NCBI GenBank assembly: GCA_963705985.1
Contig: CAVPLK010000003.1
Location: 67,745 to 131,744 of the forward strand
DNA: 64,000 bases
Direction: 5' to 3'
From: an uncultured Gemmatimonadales bacterium
GTDB taxonomy: Bacteria > Gemmatimonadota > Gemmatimonadetes > Gemmatimonadales > GWC2-71-9
Positions 1 to 11,811 of this stretch are shown here, piece after piece (the first letter of the stretch is position 1; each line of letters begins with the position of its first letter). The position numbers and the translations under genes were made by a program. Below the pieces are notes generated by a model. That model made no database searches and was not told where the DNA came from. It saw only the letters and a program-made list of their open reading frames with translations.

Positions 1-125
1 CTGATATATAGCAACGACTTAGACATACCGGTCTGGCGCTGGGCTCCCCAATCGCACAGATTGATACCCTCCATGACTAGCCCCTTCTCCCCCCCCGGAG
101 CCTCCTCAACCCCACTAGGGGTGTA

Positions 126-992
126 ATGGCCTGGTTCAAGAAAGAGCGAAAGCCCCGGACCCCGGTCCGGGAGCGTCGCGAGGTCCCCGCCGACGCCTGG
201 GAGAAGTGTGACGGATGCGGTCACATGGACATCCGGGACAAGTTTGAGCGCGCCCTCAGCGTCTGCCCCGAGTGCGGGAAGCACCGCCGGATCAGTGCCG
301 AGGAGTACATCGAGCTCCTGACCGACGAGGGATCGTGGCGGGAACTCTGGGGCAACCTGCGCTCCGAGGACCCGCTCAAGTTCGAGCAGTATCCCGAGCG
401 GCTGGCCAAGGCGCTCGCGAAGGCCGGTCCCGCCGACGCCATCTATACTGGCATCGGGCAGCTCGACGGGCTCGCCTACTATCTGGGCGTGATGAACTTC
501 GCGTTCATGGGCGGCTCGATGGGTTCGGTAGTCGGGGAGAAGATTGCACGACTCGCCCGGCGGGCCCTGCAGAAGAAGCGGCCGCTGGTGCTGGTCTGCG
601 CCTCGGGCGGCGCGCGGATGCAGGAGGGGGTGTACTCCCTGATGCAGATGGCCAAGACCAGCGCGGCGCTGGCGCAGCTGGGTCTGCACGGCATTCCGTT
701 CGTCACCATCCTGACGGATCCCACGACCGGAGGCGTCTCGGCGTCGTACGCCATGCAGGGCGACGTGATCCTCGCCGAGCCGGGTGCGCTGATCGGGTTC
801 GCCGGGCAGCGGGTCATCAAGCAGACTATTGGCCAGGACCTGCCGGAGGGGTTCCAGACCGCGGAGTTCCTGCTGGACCACGGCCAGATCGACGACGTGG
901 TGCCCCGCGGGTCGTTGCGCGACACGACGGCGCGCCTGCTGCGGCATATGCAGGGTGCGCGGGCGCGCTACGAGGCGGCCGACGCGGTGTGA
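126..992 (+). CDS. accD: acetyl-CoA carboxylase carboxyltransferase beta subunit
   Basis: 288-aa ORF with the N-terminal Zn-ribbon (CDGCGH...CPECGK) and the carboxyltransferase core (MGGSMGSVVG, ASGGARMQEG) typical of AccD. Confidence 0.95.
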   Translation: MAWFKKERKPRTPVRERREVPADAWEKCDGCGHMDIRDKFERALSVCPECGKHRRISAEEYIELLTDEGSWRELWGNLRSEDPLKFEQYPERLAKALAKAGPADAIYTGIGQLDGLAYYLGVMNFAFMGGSMGSVVGEKIARLARRALQKKRPLVLVCASGGARMQEGVYSLMQMAKTSAALAQLGLHGIPFVTILTDPTTGGVSASYAMQGDVILAEPGALIGFAGQRVIKQTIGQDLPEGFQTAEFLLDHGQIDDVVPRGSLRDTTARLLRHMQGARARYEAADAV

Positions 993-994
993 GC

Positions 995-1129
995 GGAGTT
1001 CCGCAGCAGCATCCACGAAAACACGAAAACACGAAAACACGAGAACAAGGTCGCTGCCAGAGCGCGCCGTCGGGTGAAATCAGGGGGAGTTCTTTCGTGC
1101 TTTCGTCATTTCGTGCTTTCGTGAACTCC
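995..1129. repeat. long imperfect hairpin built from tandem octamers (copy 1 of CACGAAAR element)
   Basis: 5' arm 1014-1046 is CACGAAAA x3 + CACGAGAAC. 3' arm 1089-1122 is GTTC + (C/A)TTTCGT(G/C) x4, complementary to the 5' arm. Outer GGAGTTC (995-1001) is complementary to GAACTCC (1123-1129). Fills the accD-folC spacer. Confidence 0.8.
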
Positions 1130-1134
1130 CCGCC

Positions 1135-2361
1135 GTGAATTACGCACAGGCCCTGGCCTTCCTCTTCCCCCGCACGACCACCATCAAGTTCGGGCTCGAC
1201 ACCACCGCCGCGCTCCTTCGGGAGCTGGGCGATCCGCATACGGTCATCCCCTCGATTCATATCGGCGGCACCAACGGCAAGGGCAGCGTCGCGGCCCTCG
1301 TGGCCGAGGCACTCGCCTGCGCCGGCTGGCGAGTGGGGCTGTATACGTCGCCGCACCTGGTCTCCTTCCGCGAGCGGATCCGGGTGAATGGCGTCCCCAT
1401 CTCCGAGGCGGCGGTGGCGATGTGGACGGCCCGCATGGCGCCCCGGATCCAGGAGCTCGGCGCGACGTTTTTCGAGGCCTCCACCGCGATGGCGTTCGCC
1501 GATTTCGCCGCCCGTGGGGCGGAGATCGCGGTCGTCGAAGTGGGCCTCGGCGGGCGGCTCGACAGCACCAACATCGTCACCCCGCTGGTCAGCGCCGTGA
1601 CGAAGATCGCCATGGACCACATGAAGTACCTGGGCGACAATCTGTCGGATATCGCCCGCGAAAAGGCGGGGATCTCCAAGCCCGGCGTGCCGTTCGTGAT
1701 CGGCGAGCGGGACCCGGCGCTCGTCGACGTGCTGCGCCGGGAGACGCGCCGGATCGCGGGCCAGGCCGGTGCGCGGCCGGATGTGCGGGTGCTTCCGCCT
1801 GAGTACGAGTGGACGGGCCCGCTGGGGCTCCACGGTCCCCACCAGCGCCGAAACGCCGGTGTCGCGCACGGGATCCTCATGGCGCTGCCGGAGCGCTGGC
1901 GGCCGAGCCGGGACTCGATCGAGGCGGGGTTTGCCAATGCGCGCGTCCCGGGACGGCTCGACCGGCGGGGCAGGTGGCTGTTCGACGTCGCCCACAACCC
2001 CGACGGGATGGAGTCGCTCGTGGCGGCGCTCCGAGTCGAGCCGCCACCGGGCCCGGTCCACGCGCTGGTGAGCATCCTCGGCGACAAGGAGTGGCCGACG
2101 ATGCTGGTCTGGCTCGACTCCGTGGTCGACCAGGGAATCCTGACGGTGGCCCCTTCCGCGGCAGAGCGGGGTTGGGACCTGGCCTGGCTCAGCGACTGGC
2201 TGGCGCGCCCGGACCGGCCTCCCTCGCGTGCGCACTGGAGGCTCATCCCGGACTTCACCGCCGCACTCCGGGAGGTGCAGCTGGAGGCTGGCACCATGCT
2301 GGTGACCGGTTCCTTTCACACCGTGGGCGACGTGATGGAGGCGCTCGGGCTCGGCGAATGA
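1135..2361 (+). CDS. folC: bifunctional folylpolyglutamate synthase / dihydrofolate synthase
   Basis: GTG start. Mur-ligase type ATP site HIGGTNGKGS with FolC-like length (408 aa). Classical accD-folC adjacency. Confidence 0.9.
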   Translation: MNYAQALAFLFPRTTTIKFGLDTTAALLRELGDPHTVIPSIHIGGTNGKGSVAALVAEALACAGWRVGLYTSPHLVSFRERIRVNGVPISEAAVAMWTARMAPRIQELGATFFEASTAMAFADFAARGAEIAVVEVGLGGRLDSTNIVTPLVSAVTKIAMDHMKYLGDNLSDIAREKAGISKPGVPFVIGERDPALVDVLRRETRRIAGQAGARPDVRVLPPEYEWTGPLGLHGPHQRRNAGVAHGILMALPERWRPSRDSIEAGFANARVPGRLDRRGRWLFDVAHNPDGMESLVAALRVEPPPGPVHALVSILGDKEWPTMLVWLDSVVDQGILTVAPSAAERGWDLAWLSDWLARPDRPPSRAHWRLIPDFTAALREVQLEAGTMLVTGSFHTVGDVMEALGLGE

Positions 2362-2411
2362 GCCGGTGGCCGGCATAGCCAAATCCTTTGTTTTCAAGTA
2401 TTTTGCCCCCC

Positions 2412-5200
<2,789 letters not shown>

Positions 5201-5207
5201 TGAAGGC

Positions 5208-5235
5208 GGGGCCGGGGGGCCGGGGGGCAGGGGGG
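5208..5235 (+). other. G-quadruplex-forming tract (G4-CC-G6-CC-G6-CA-G6)
   Basis: Four G-runs of 4-6 nt separated by 2-nt loops on the sense strand, between the proS stop (5200) and the lysA start (5263). Confidence 0.7.
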
Positions 5236-5262
5236 CAGGAGGCCCTCCTGGCAGATGCAGGG

Positions 5263-6534
5263 ATGACCGTGTCCGAGGAAGGACTCGTCATGGCGGGGGT
5301 GCCGCTGGCGCGGATCGCGCGCGACGTCGGCACCCCTGTCTTCGTCTACAACGCGGAGACCATCCGCCGGCAGTTCCGCGCGCTCGAGGCGGCGTTCGCG
5401 GAGGTTCCCCACCGGATCTGCTACGCGGTGAAGGCGAACAGCAACCTCGCGGTCCTGCGGCTGATGCACGACCTGGGCGCCGGCGCCGACCTGGTGTCCG
5501 CCGGCGAGATGCGCCGCGCCCGGGCGGCGGGGTTCGCGCCGGGCAGCCTCGTCTTCAGTGGGGTCGGGAAGACCGCCGCGGAACTCGAGGAGACGGTCGC
5601 CGCCGGGATCGGTCAGGTCAACGTGGAGTCGCTCGAGGAGCTCAAGTTGCTCGGTGCGATCTCTGCGCGCCTCGACCGGATCACCGCCGTCGGCATCCGG
5701 GTGAATCCCGACGTGACGACCGACACCCACCCCTACATCTCGACCAGCCACGGCGGCATCAAGTTCGGCGTGCCGCACGACCAGGTGCGCGCGGCGGCGA
5801 CATACATCCAGGATCATCCCTACCTGCGGCTCGTGGCCGTGGCCATGCATCTCGGCAGTCAACTTCTCGATCCCACGCCGTACGCGGAGGCGCTGACGAA
5901 ACTGGTCGACCTCATCGGAGAGTTGAAGAGCGCCGGGGTCTCGACCCTCGAGTCCCTCGACATCGGCGGGGGGCTCGGCATCCGGTATCAGTCCGACGGC
6001 GGGGCCGGGATGGATCCTGTCTCCCTGGCGGCGGTGGTGGGCCCCCTCGCCGCCCGGGCGGGACTCCCCGTGACGATGGAGCCGGGGCGGTTCCTGGTCG
6101 GGAGCGCTGGCGTGTTGCTGACCGAGGTGCTGTACCGGAAGCACTCCGGAGGGCGGGATTTCGTCATCGTGGACGCGGCGATGAACGACCTGCTCCGGCC
6201 GAGTCTCTACCGCGCCCACCACGAGATCGTGGAGGTCGTCCCTGCGGGTCGCGCCGTGGGCCAGGTGGACGTGGTGGGGCCGATCTGCGAGACGGGCGAT
6301 TTCCTGGCGCTGGAGCGTGCGTTGCCGAGGGTCGAGCCGGGAGAACGCCTGGCGGCGCTCTGCGCCGGCGCGTACGGGTTCGCGATGAGTTCGAACTACA
6401 ACACCCGGGGCCGGGTGGCGGAAGTGCTGGTCGATGCGGGGCGCTCGGCGGTGGTGCGCCCCCGCGAACCGGTCGATAGCCTGTTCGCCACCGAGATTGC
6501 GGATCCCTTCGCCACACTGTCGGACAACGGCTGA
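5263..6534 (+). CDS. lysA: diaminopimelate decarboxylase
   Basis: PLP fold-III decarboxylase motifs (YAVKAN, GGGLGI, CETGD). ATG 5263 chosen; the upstream part of ORF 5152-6534 is Gly/Arg-rich read-through of the G-tract. Confidence 0.92.
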   Translation: MTVSEEGLVMAGVPLARIARDVGTPVFVYNAETIRRQFRALEAAFAEVPHRICYAVKANSNLAVLRLMHDLGAGADLVSAGEMRRARAAGFAPGSLVFSGVGKTAAELEETVAAGIGQVNVESLEELKLLGAISARLDRITAVGIRVNPDVTTDTHPYISTSHGGIKFGVPHDQVRAAATYIQDHPYLRLVAVAMHLGSQLLDPTPYAEALTKLVDLIGELKSAGVSTLESLDIGGGLGIRYQSDGGAGMDPVSLAAVVGPLAARAGLPVTMEPGRFLVGSAGVLLTEVLYRKHSGGRDFVIVDAAMNDLLRPSLYRAHHEIVEVVPAGRAVGQVDVVGPICETGDFLALERALPRVEPGERLAALCAGAYGFAMSSNYNTRGRVAEVLVDAGRSAVVRPREPVDSLFATEIADPFATLSDNG

Positions 6535-6546
6535 GGAGCCAGCGAC

Positions 6547-8106
6547 ATGGACACGCGGAAGCACCACGACGGCATCCTGATTCTCGATTACGGCTCGCAG
6601 TTCACCCAGCTGATCGCGCGGCGCGTCCGCGAGGCGCATGTGTACTGCGAGATTCACCCGGGCACGAAGTCCCTCGAATGGGTGCGCGAGTGGCGACCCA
6701 AGGGGATCATCCTCTCCGGCGGCCCCAACTCGGTGTACGACGCGGGCGCCCCGATCGCACCCGATGGGATCCTGGATCTGGGCGTCCCCGTGCTTGGGCT
6801 CTGCTACGGCATGGGACTGATTGCGAAAATGGCCGGGGCCAAGGTGGTGGGCGCGGATCGGCGCGAGTACGGCCGGGCCGTCGTCACGGTCGCGGGGGGC
6901 CGGCTGTTCAGCGGATTTGCGGCCGGCGAGGAGACCACCGTCTGGATGAGCCACGGCGATCACGTCGACGCCGCACCCTCCGGATATTCCATCACCGCCT
7001 CGAGTCCCAACTGCCCGGTCGCCGGCTTCGAGCACGCCAGCCGCCCGATCTTCGGCGTGCAGTTCCACCCCGAGGTGGCGCACACGGCCCGGGGCGGCGA
7101 GATCATCGGCGCGTTCCTCTTCGACGTCTGCGGCGCAACGCCCGACTGGACCGCCGGTCACTTCATCGAGACCGAGACGGCCAGAATTCGGGAGCTGGCC
7201 GGTTCCGCCCGCGTCATCTGCGGGCTCTCCGGGGGAGTGGACTCGTCGGTGGCGGCGGCGCTGGTCCATCGCGCCGTCGGGGACCGTCTGACCTGCATCT
7301 TCGTCGATCACGGATTGCTGCGGCTCCACGAGCGGGAGCAGGTCGAGGCGACCTTCCGCCGCCACCTGGGCATCGACCTGCGGGTCGTGGAGGCGAGCGA
7401 CCTCTTTCTCAAGGCGCTGGAGGGGATCAGTGACCCGGAGGAAAAGCGGCGCCGCATCGGGCACACCTTCATCGACGTCTTCGAGGCAGAGGCGCAAAAG
7501 GTCGGCTCCGACGTCGGGTTCCTGGTGCAGGGGACGCTCTATCCCGACGTGATCGAGTCGGTGTCGCCCACCGGGGGGCCGTCGGTCACCATCAAGACGC
7601 ACCACAACGTCGGCGGACTGCCGGAGCGGCTGCCCTTCAAGCTGATCGAACCGCTGCGCGAACTGTTCAAGGACGAGGTGCGGCAGGTGGGACGCGAGCT
7701 CGGGTTGCCGGAGGAGATGGTGGGGCGGCATCCGTTCCCCGGCCCCGGGTTGGCCATCCGGATCCTCGGGGCGGTGGCGAAGCCCGACCTCGATATTCTC
7801 CGGGCGGTAGACGACATCTACATCGAGGAAATCCGGGCGGCGGGACTCTACGACGATATCTGGCAGGCGTTCGCCGTCCTGCTGCCGATCCGTTCGGTGG
7901 GGGTCCAGGGAGACTTCCGGACCTACGACCAGGCGGTGGCGCTCCGCGCGGTCACCAGCCGGGACGGGATGACCGCTGACTGGTTTCCCTTCCCGCACGA
8001 GGTCCTGTCGCACATCTCGAACCGGATTGCCAACGAGGTGAAGGGGGTCAACCGGGTGGTGTACGACGTGAGCAGCAAGCCGCCCGCAACGATCGAGTGG
8101 GAGTAG
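6547..8106 (+). CDS. guaA: glutamine-hydrolysing GMP synthase
   Basis: GATase-1 domain (GLCYG), ATP-PPase loop SGGVDSS, and a C-terminal dimerisation domain ending IEWE. Confidence 0.96.
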   Translation: MDTRKHHDGILILDYGSQFTQLIARRVREAHVYCEIHPGTKSLEWVREWRPKGIILSGGPNSVYDAGAPIAPDGILDLGVPVLGLCYGMGLIAKMAGAKVVGADRREYGRAVVTVAGGRLFSGFAAGEETTVWMSHGDHVDAAPSGYSITASSPNCPVAGFEHASRPIFGVQFHPEVAHTARGGEIIGAFLFDVCGATPDWTAGHFIETETARIRELAGSARVICGLSGGVDSSVAAALVHRAVGDRLTCIFVDHGLLRLHEREQVEATFRRHLGIDLRVVEASDLFLKALEGISDPEEKRRRIGHTFIDVFEAEAQKVGSDVGFLVQGTLYPDVIESVSPTGGPSVTIKTHHNVGGLPERLPFKLIEPLRELFKDEVRQVGRELGLPEEMVGRHPFPGPGLAIRILGAVAKPDLDILRAVDDIYIEEIRAAGLYDDIWQAFAVLLPIRSVGVQGDFRTYDQAVALRAVTSRDGMTADWFPFPHEVLSHISNRIANEVKGVNRVVYDVSSKPPATIEWE

Positions 8107-8131
8107 CGCACCGGCCGCTGGCGATGTCCGA

Positions 8132-9631
8132 CTACGGGTGTGGAACGGGCGCAGAGCGTCCGTCGCGTGCGACAATGCCCTCGGCGATACGCTCCGCATT
8201 CGCCAGGATGGTGAGACTCGTGTTCACGGCCAGCGACGAAGGGATCGCCGCCCCGTCCGCCACGTAGAGCCCGGGGTGCCCATGCACTTCGCCGCGCGCG
8301 TCGACGACGCCGGTGCGCGGGGTGTCGGACATGCGGCAGGAACCGGTCTGGTGGGTGGAGCTGAAGGCGGTACCAGGCTGCAGCGCGCCAGTCCGACTCA
8401 CCGCATCCACCGCCACAAGCCGGCAGCCGTTCCGGGTCAGGATGGAATGGAGAATCGCCTCGGTATCCCGCTCGTACCGTGTGAGCTCCGGGAGGCGGGA
8501 CACGGAGAGCCGAGGCTTCCCCGCGCTGTCGAGTGTGAGTTCTCCAACGGGCGGGGTCAGCCCCATGGTAAACAGCACCATCATCCTGTGCCGGACCTGT
8601 TCCATGAGCGCGACGTTGTCCGCCCCCCACCAGCCGGTGGCCGCCGGAACATCCGGCATCCGGAGCCGGGCGGTCGCGATCATGGGGACCGGCAGCGGTT
8701 TGGCCGCGGAAATCGTGATCCCGTGCGACTCCAGGAACTCGTAGCTGATCATGCCCGGATGAGAGCGCCCCGTGTACATGTCACCGTCGGGCAGGTCCGC
8801 CGGGAGGATCCCCGCCGCCTTGACGCTGCCGTTGAACGCGATGTTGCGGCCGACCTGGGCGCTCAGGTTCGGGAGGCCGGCCCGCGAGGCGAGGAGCAGG
8901 CGCGCACTCCCCACGGTTCCGCCACCCAGAATCACGATGCTGGCCCGATACTCCACCAGTCGACCCTGATACCCTCCGATCCGGCAACGAACGGCATACC
9001 GGGGACCGCGGGCGGCGCGAATCTCCAGTGCTTCCGCCTCGCAGATGATCTCGGTGCCTGCCGCAGCGGCCTGGGGCAGGTAGTTCACGTGGAGCGATTG
9101 CTTGGCGCCGTAGATGCATCCGGTCACACAGAACCCACTGCCGAGGCAGTTGCGGACGGCGTAGCGCGCGCGATCACAGGAATACCCGAGCCGGGCCATC
9201 ATCAGGGCGAACACCTGCCCGGTCTTCGGCACCTCGTCCTCCCGGATCTGTTCGACCCGCAGCATGGCCTCGGCGCGATCGTAATAGGGATCCAGCGACT
9301 CGCGATTCACCCCCTCCGGCCAGAGGGGACGCCCCTCGGCGTCCCGCTGGGCGAACGCCACCGTCGGTGTCCGCAGGGAGACCATTTCGTAAAACCCTGA
9401 CCCGCCGCCCAACGCCTCGGCGTAGACCAGGTCGAGGTGGTCGCTGCCGAGCCCCTTCAGGTATCGCGTCAGATATTTCGGATCCTGGGTTTGCCGATAC
9501 TGGCCGGGACCGACGTTCGGGCCCTTCTCGAGCATGGTGACCCGCAGGCCTGCCTGCGAGAGCCGCAGGGCGGGGGCTGCTGCCCCGAAGCCGCTTCCGA
9601 TGATGAGAACGTCCGTCCGTCTGGTCTCCAT
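8132..9631 (-). CDS. GMC-family FAD-dependent oxidoreductase
   Basis: N-terminal Rossmann motif VLIIGSGFGAA...LEKG and a C-terminal GMC-type region. 499 aa. Confidence 0.85.
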   Translation of the reverse strand: METRRTDVLIIGSGFGAAAPALRLSQAGLRVTMLEKGPNVGPGQYRQTQDPKYLTRYLKGLGSDHLDLVYAEALGGGSGFYEMVSLRTPTVAFAQRDAEGRPLWPEGVNRESLDPYYDRAEAMLRVEQIREDEVPKTGQVFALMMARLGYSCDRARYAVRNCLGSGFCVTGCIYGAKQSLHVNYLPQAAAAGTEIICEAEALEIRAARGPRYAVRCRIGGYQGRLVEYRASIVILGGGTVGSARLLLASRAGLPNLSAQVGRNIAFNGSVKAAGILPADLPDGDMYTGRSHPGMISYEFLESHGITISAAKPLPVPMIATARLRMPDVPAATGWWGADNVALMEQVRHRMMVLFTMGLTPPVGELTLDSAGKPRLSVSRLPELTRYERDTEAILHSILTRNGCRLVAVDAVSRTGALQPGTAFSSTHQTGSCRMSDTPRTGVVDARGEVHGHPGLYVADGAAIPSSLAVNTSLTILANAERIAEGIVARDGRSAPVPHP

Positions 9632-9640
9632 AGGGTCCCC

Positions 9641-10231
9641 CTAGGCAGGATTGCCATCGCGTGAGGTCACGCGCGCGGCAAACCGGCGGGTATCGGGATA
9701 GGACGAAAGCGCGGGATCGACGAAATGATTCCCGCCGGGGAAACCGGTGAGGCGACATCCGGACGTGTCATCGTCGATGCCGCCGTACACCGCGGCCTGG
9801 GTCAGGAAGACCGCGCCGGTGTACAGCTTCCGGGCGGTGGCGTCTCCATCGAGCGCCTGCCGCACGATGGCGGTCCGTTGCGGCAGATCGAGGGTGCTGA
9901 ACAGGCGTTCATGCCGGTGCATGGCCCGACGATCGAGGTCGCTCGCCAGGAAATCACAGTACTTGGCCGTGGGGTAGAACGGGTCTTCCAGGGCGGTGAC
10001 CGCCTGGGCCTCCGCGGGTGTGAGCCCGGGCACGACCGTGGCGGTGAAGGCACAGAGCGCCCGGCGTGTCGCGACGGTTCCGCGTCGGTACTGCTCGGGG
10101 TAGCTCTTGAGGATGATGGTCGCCGGGGTGCAGGCTCCCATGGCAAGTGCGGCGACCCCGCCGGCCAGCATGCGGATGGCCTGGCGGCGAGACGGACCCT
10201 GGCGAGCGGCGATTGTGGTTGAGTCGGACAT
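9641..10231 (-). CDS. Tat-signal small subunit (gluconate 2-dehydrogenase subunit 3-like) partner of the GMC oxidoreductase
   Basis: Twin-arginine motif SRRQAIRMLAGG. GGAGG lies 6 nt upstream of ATG 10231. Sits immediately upstream of the GMC gene. Confidence 0.7.
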   Translation of the reverse strand: MSDSTTIAARQGPSRRQAIRMLAGGVAALAMGACTPATIILKSYPEQYRRGTVATRRALCAFTATVVPGLTPAEAQAVTALEDPFYPTAKYCDFLASDLDRRAMHRHERLFSTLDLPQRTAIVRQALDGDATARKLYTGAVFLTQAAVYGGIDDDTSGCRLTGFPGGNHFVDPALSSYPDTRRFAARVTSRDGNPA

Positions 10232-10292
10232 GGCACCCTCCATCGTTGGATGGAGAGTGCTGCGGAGGGGTCAAGCCATCATCAAGCGGGGA

Positions 10293-10745
10293 TCAGACGC
10301 CTTTGTCGGTCAACAACTGAAGAAACTCCTCGGCCGAGGTCAGCCGGGAGAGTTGCTCCGGAACCCCCGGCTCCTTCGCCAGCTGGGCAATCTTGCCGAG
10401 GATGGGCAGGTACTGGTTGGACATCTCGTTCGGCGGGGCCACGATCAGGAACAGGTGGTGCACCGGCTGCCCGTCCGCGGCGTCGAAGGGGATGCCGAGG
10501 GCCGAGTGGCCGTAGGCGAGCTGGAGGCGCTGGACGACCAGCGAGCGACAGTGGGGTACCGCGACGCCCCGCCCCACGCCCGTGGAGCCGAGCGCCTCGC
10601 GCCGGTGCAGCATCTTGAGCAGCGTGTCAGCCGACTTTTCGTCGGCGTGCAACAACCCCACCATTTCGGCGAGGGCCTCGTCTTTCGTCGTCGCGGCGAG
10701 GGGCAATCGAATGGCGTCGGCCGCAAAGAAATCTCGGAGATGCAT
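10293..10745 (-). CDS. ptsN: PTS EIIA (nitrogen-regulatory, PtsN-type) protein
   Basis: 150-aa EIIA-2 fold with the phosphorylatable His context GVAVPHCR. Confidence 0.8.
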   Translation of the reverse strand: MHLRDFFAADAIRLPLAATTKDEALAEMVGLLHADEKSADTLLKMLHRREALGSTGVGRGVAVPHCRSLVVQRLQLAYGHSALGIPFDAADGQPVHHLFLIVAPPNEMSNQYLPILGKIAQLAKEPGVPEQLSRLTSAEEFLQLLTDKGV

Positions 10746-10827
10746 GGCGGGGAAGCTAACCGCCGTCCGGAATGCGTGTCAAATCCCTATCATTGCTCGG
10801 TTTAGGCCGCGGCCGTATTTTTGGGGC

Positions 10828-11811
10828 ATGCGGCCTCCCTATCCCTCCCCCCACGACTTCACCCTGATCCTGGCCCCCATGGCCGGGGTCTCGGAGCCGC
10901 CATTCCGCCAAATCTGCCGGCGGCTGGGGGCCGATGTCGTCCTGTCGGAGTTTCTGTCCTCGGAGGCGATTCGCCGCCGGATCCGGAACACGCTGGAGGG
11001 GGCGGAGTTCGAGGAGTGTGAGCGGCCGATCGGGATCCAGATCTACGGCGCCGAGCCTGCCGCCATGGCGGAGGCCACTGCGCTCATCACCGAGCATTAC
11101 AAGCCGGAGTTCATCGACATCAACTTCGGCTGTCCGGTCAAGAAGGTGGTCAGACGGAACGGCGGCTCGGGGTGCCTGCGCGAGCCGCAGTTGATCACCG
11201 ACATCATCCGCGCCTGCGTAGCGGCGACGCACCTGCCGGTGACCGTGAAGACGCGGAGTGGGTGGAACGACGACATGCGCGACCCGGTCGGTATCGCGCT
11301 CCGGATGCAGGACGCCGGGGCCAGGGCGTTCACCCTGCACGCCCGGACGCGGACCCAGATGTACTCGGGGAAGGCCAACTGGGACGAGATCGCGCGCGTG
11401 GTCGAGGCGCTGGAGATTCCCGTCATCGGCAACGGCGATGTGCAGACGCCGGAGGACGTGGTGCGGATGCGGGACCACACCGGCGCGGCCGGCGTGATGG
11501 TCGGGCGGGGCGCGTTCGGCAACCCGTGGCTCTTCCGCGACGCGCGTGCGCTGCTCGACGGCCGGCCGAAGCCGGTGGCGCCGACGGCGGCCGAGCGGTT
11601 CGAGCTGGCGCTGATCCATGCGCGGCTCGCCGTGCGCCTGCAGGGCGACAGCCGGAAGACCGTGGTCGAGTTCCGCAAGCACTTCGGGTGGTACACCAAG
11701 GGGCTGCACGGCTCGAGCGACCTCCGCCAGCGGCTCTTCCAGGTGGAGTCGATCGCGGAGGCGGAACAGATCTTCGTCGACTACCTCGCCCCGTTCGCAC
11801 AGCTGGCGTGA
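10828..11811 (+). CDS. dusB: tRNA-dihydrouridine synthase
   Basis: Dus signatures LAPMAGVS, INFGCP, VTVKTRSGW. ATG 10828 chosen inside ORF 10582-11811. Confidence 0.9.
   Translation: MRPPYPSPHDFTLILAPMAGVSEPPFRQICRRLGADVVLSEFLSSEAIRRRIRNTLEGAEFEECERPIGIQIYGAEPAAMAEATALITEHYKPEFIDINFGCPVKKVVRRNGGSGCLREPQLITDIIRACVAATHLPVTVKTRSGWNDDMRDPVGIALRMQDAGARAFTLHARTRTQMYSGKANWDEIARVVEALEIPVIGNGDVQTPEDVVRMRDHTGAAGVMVGRGAFGNPWLFRDARALLDGRPKPVAPTAAERFELALIHARLAVRLQGDSRKTVVEFRKHFGWYTKGLHGSSDLRQRLFQVESIAEAEQIFVDYLAPFAQLA

Noticed and set aside
1-125. AT-richer 60 nt at the window start (CTGATATATAGCAACGACTTAGACATACC) as a mobile-element end or RNA gene
   Set aside because: It is cut by the window edge, and no repeat partner, tRNA-like fold or ORF is recognisable. 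Most simply it is the accD promoter region.
1014-1122. Short tandem repeats (CACGAAAA / CTTTCGTG) as a possible CRISPR array
   Set aside because: The units are 8 nt and directly abutting with no spacers. The two blocks are mutually complementary (hairpin arms), and no cas genes are present.
272-1138. 288-aa ORF overlapping accD in another plus-strand frame
   Set aside because: It is an alternative frame of a strongly conserved gene, with Arg/Gly/Ala/Pro-rich translation and no motifs.
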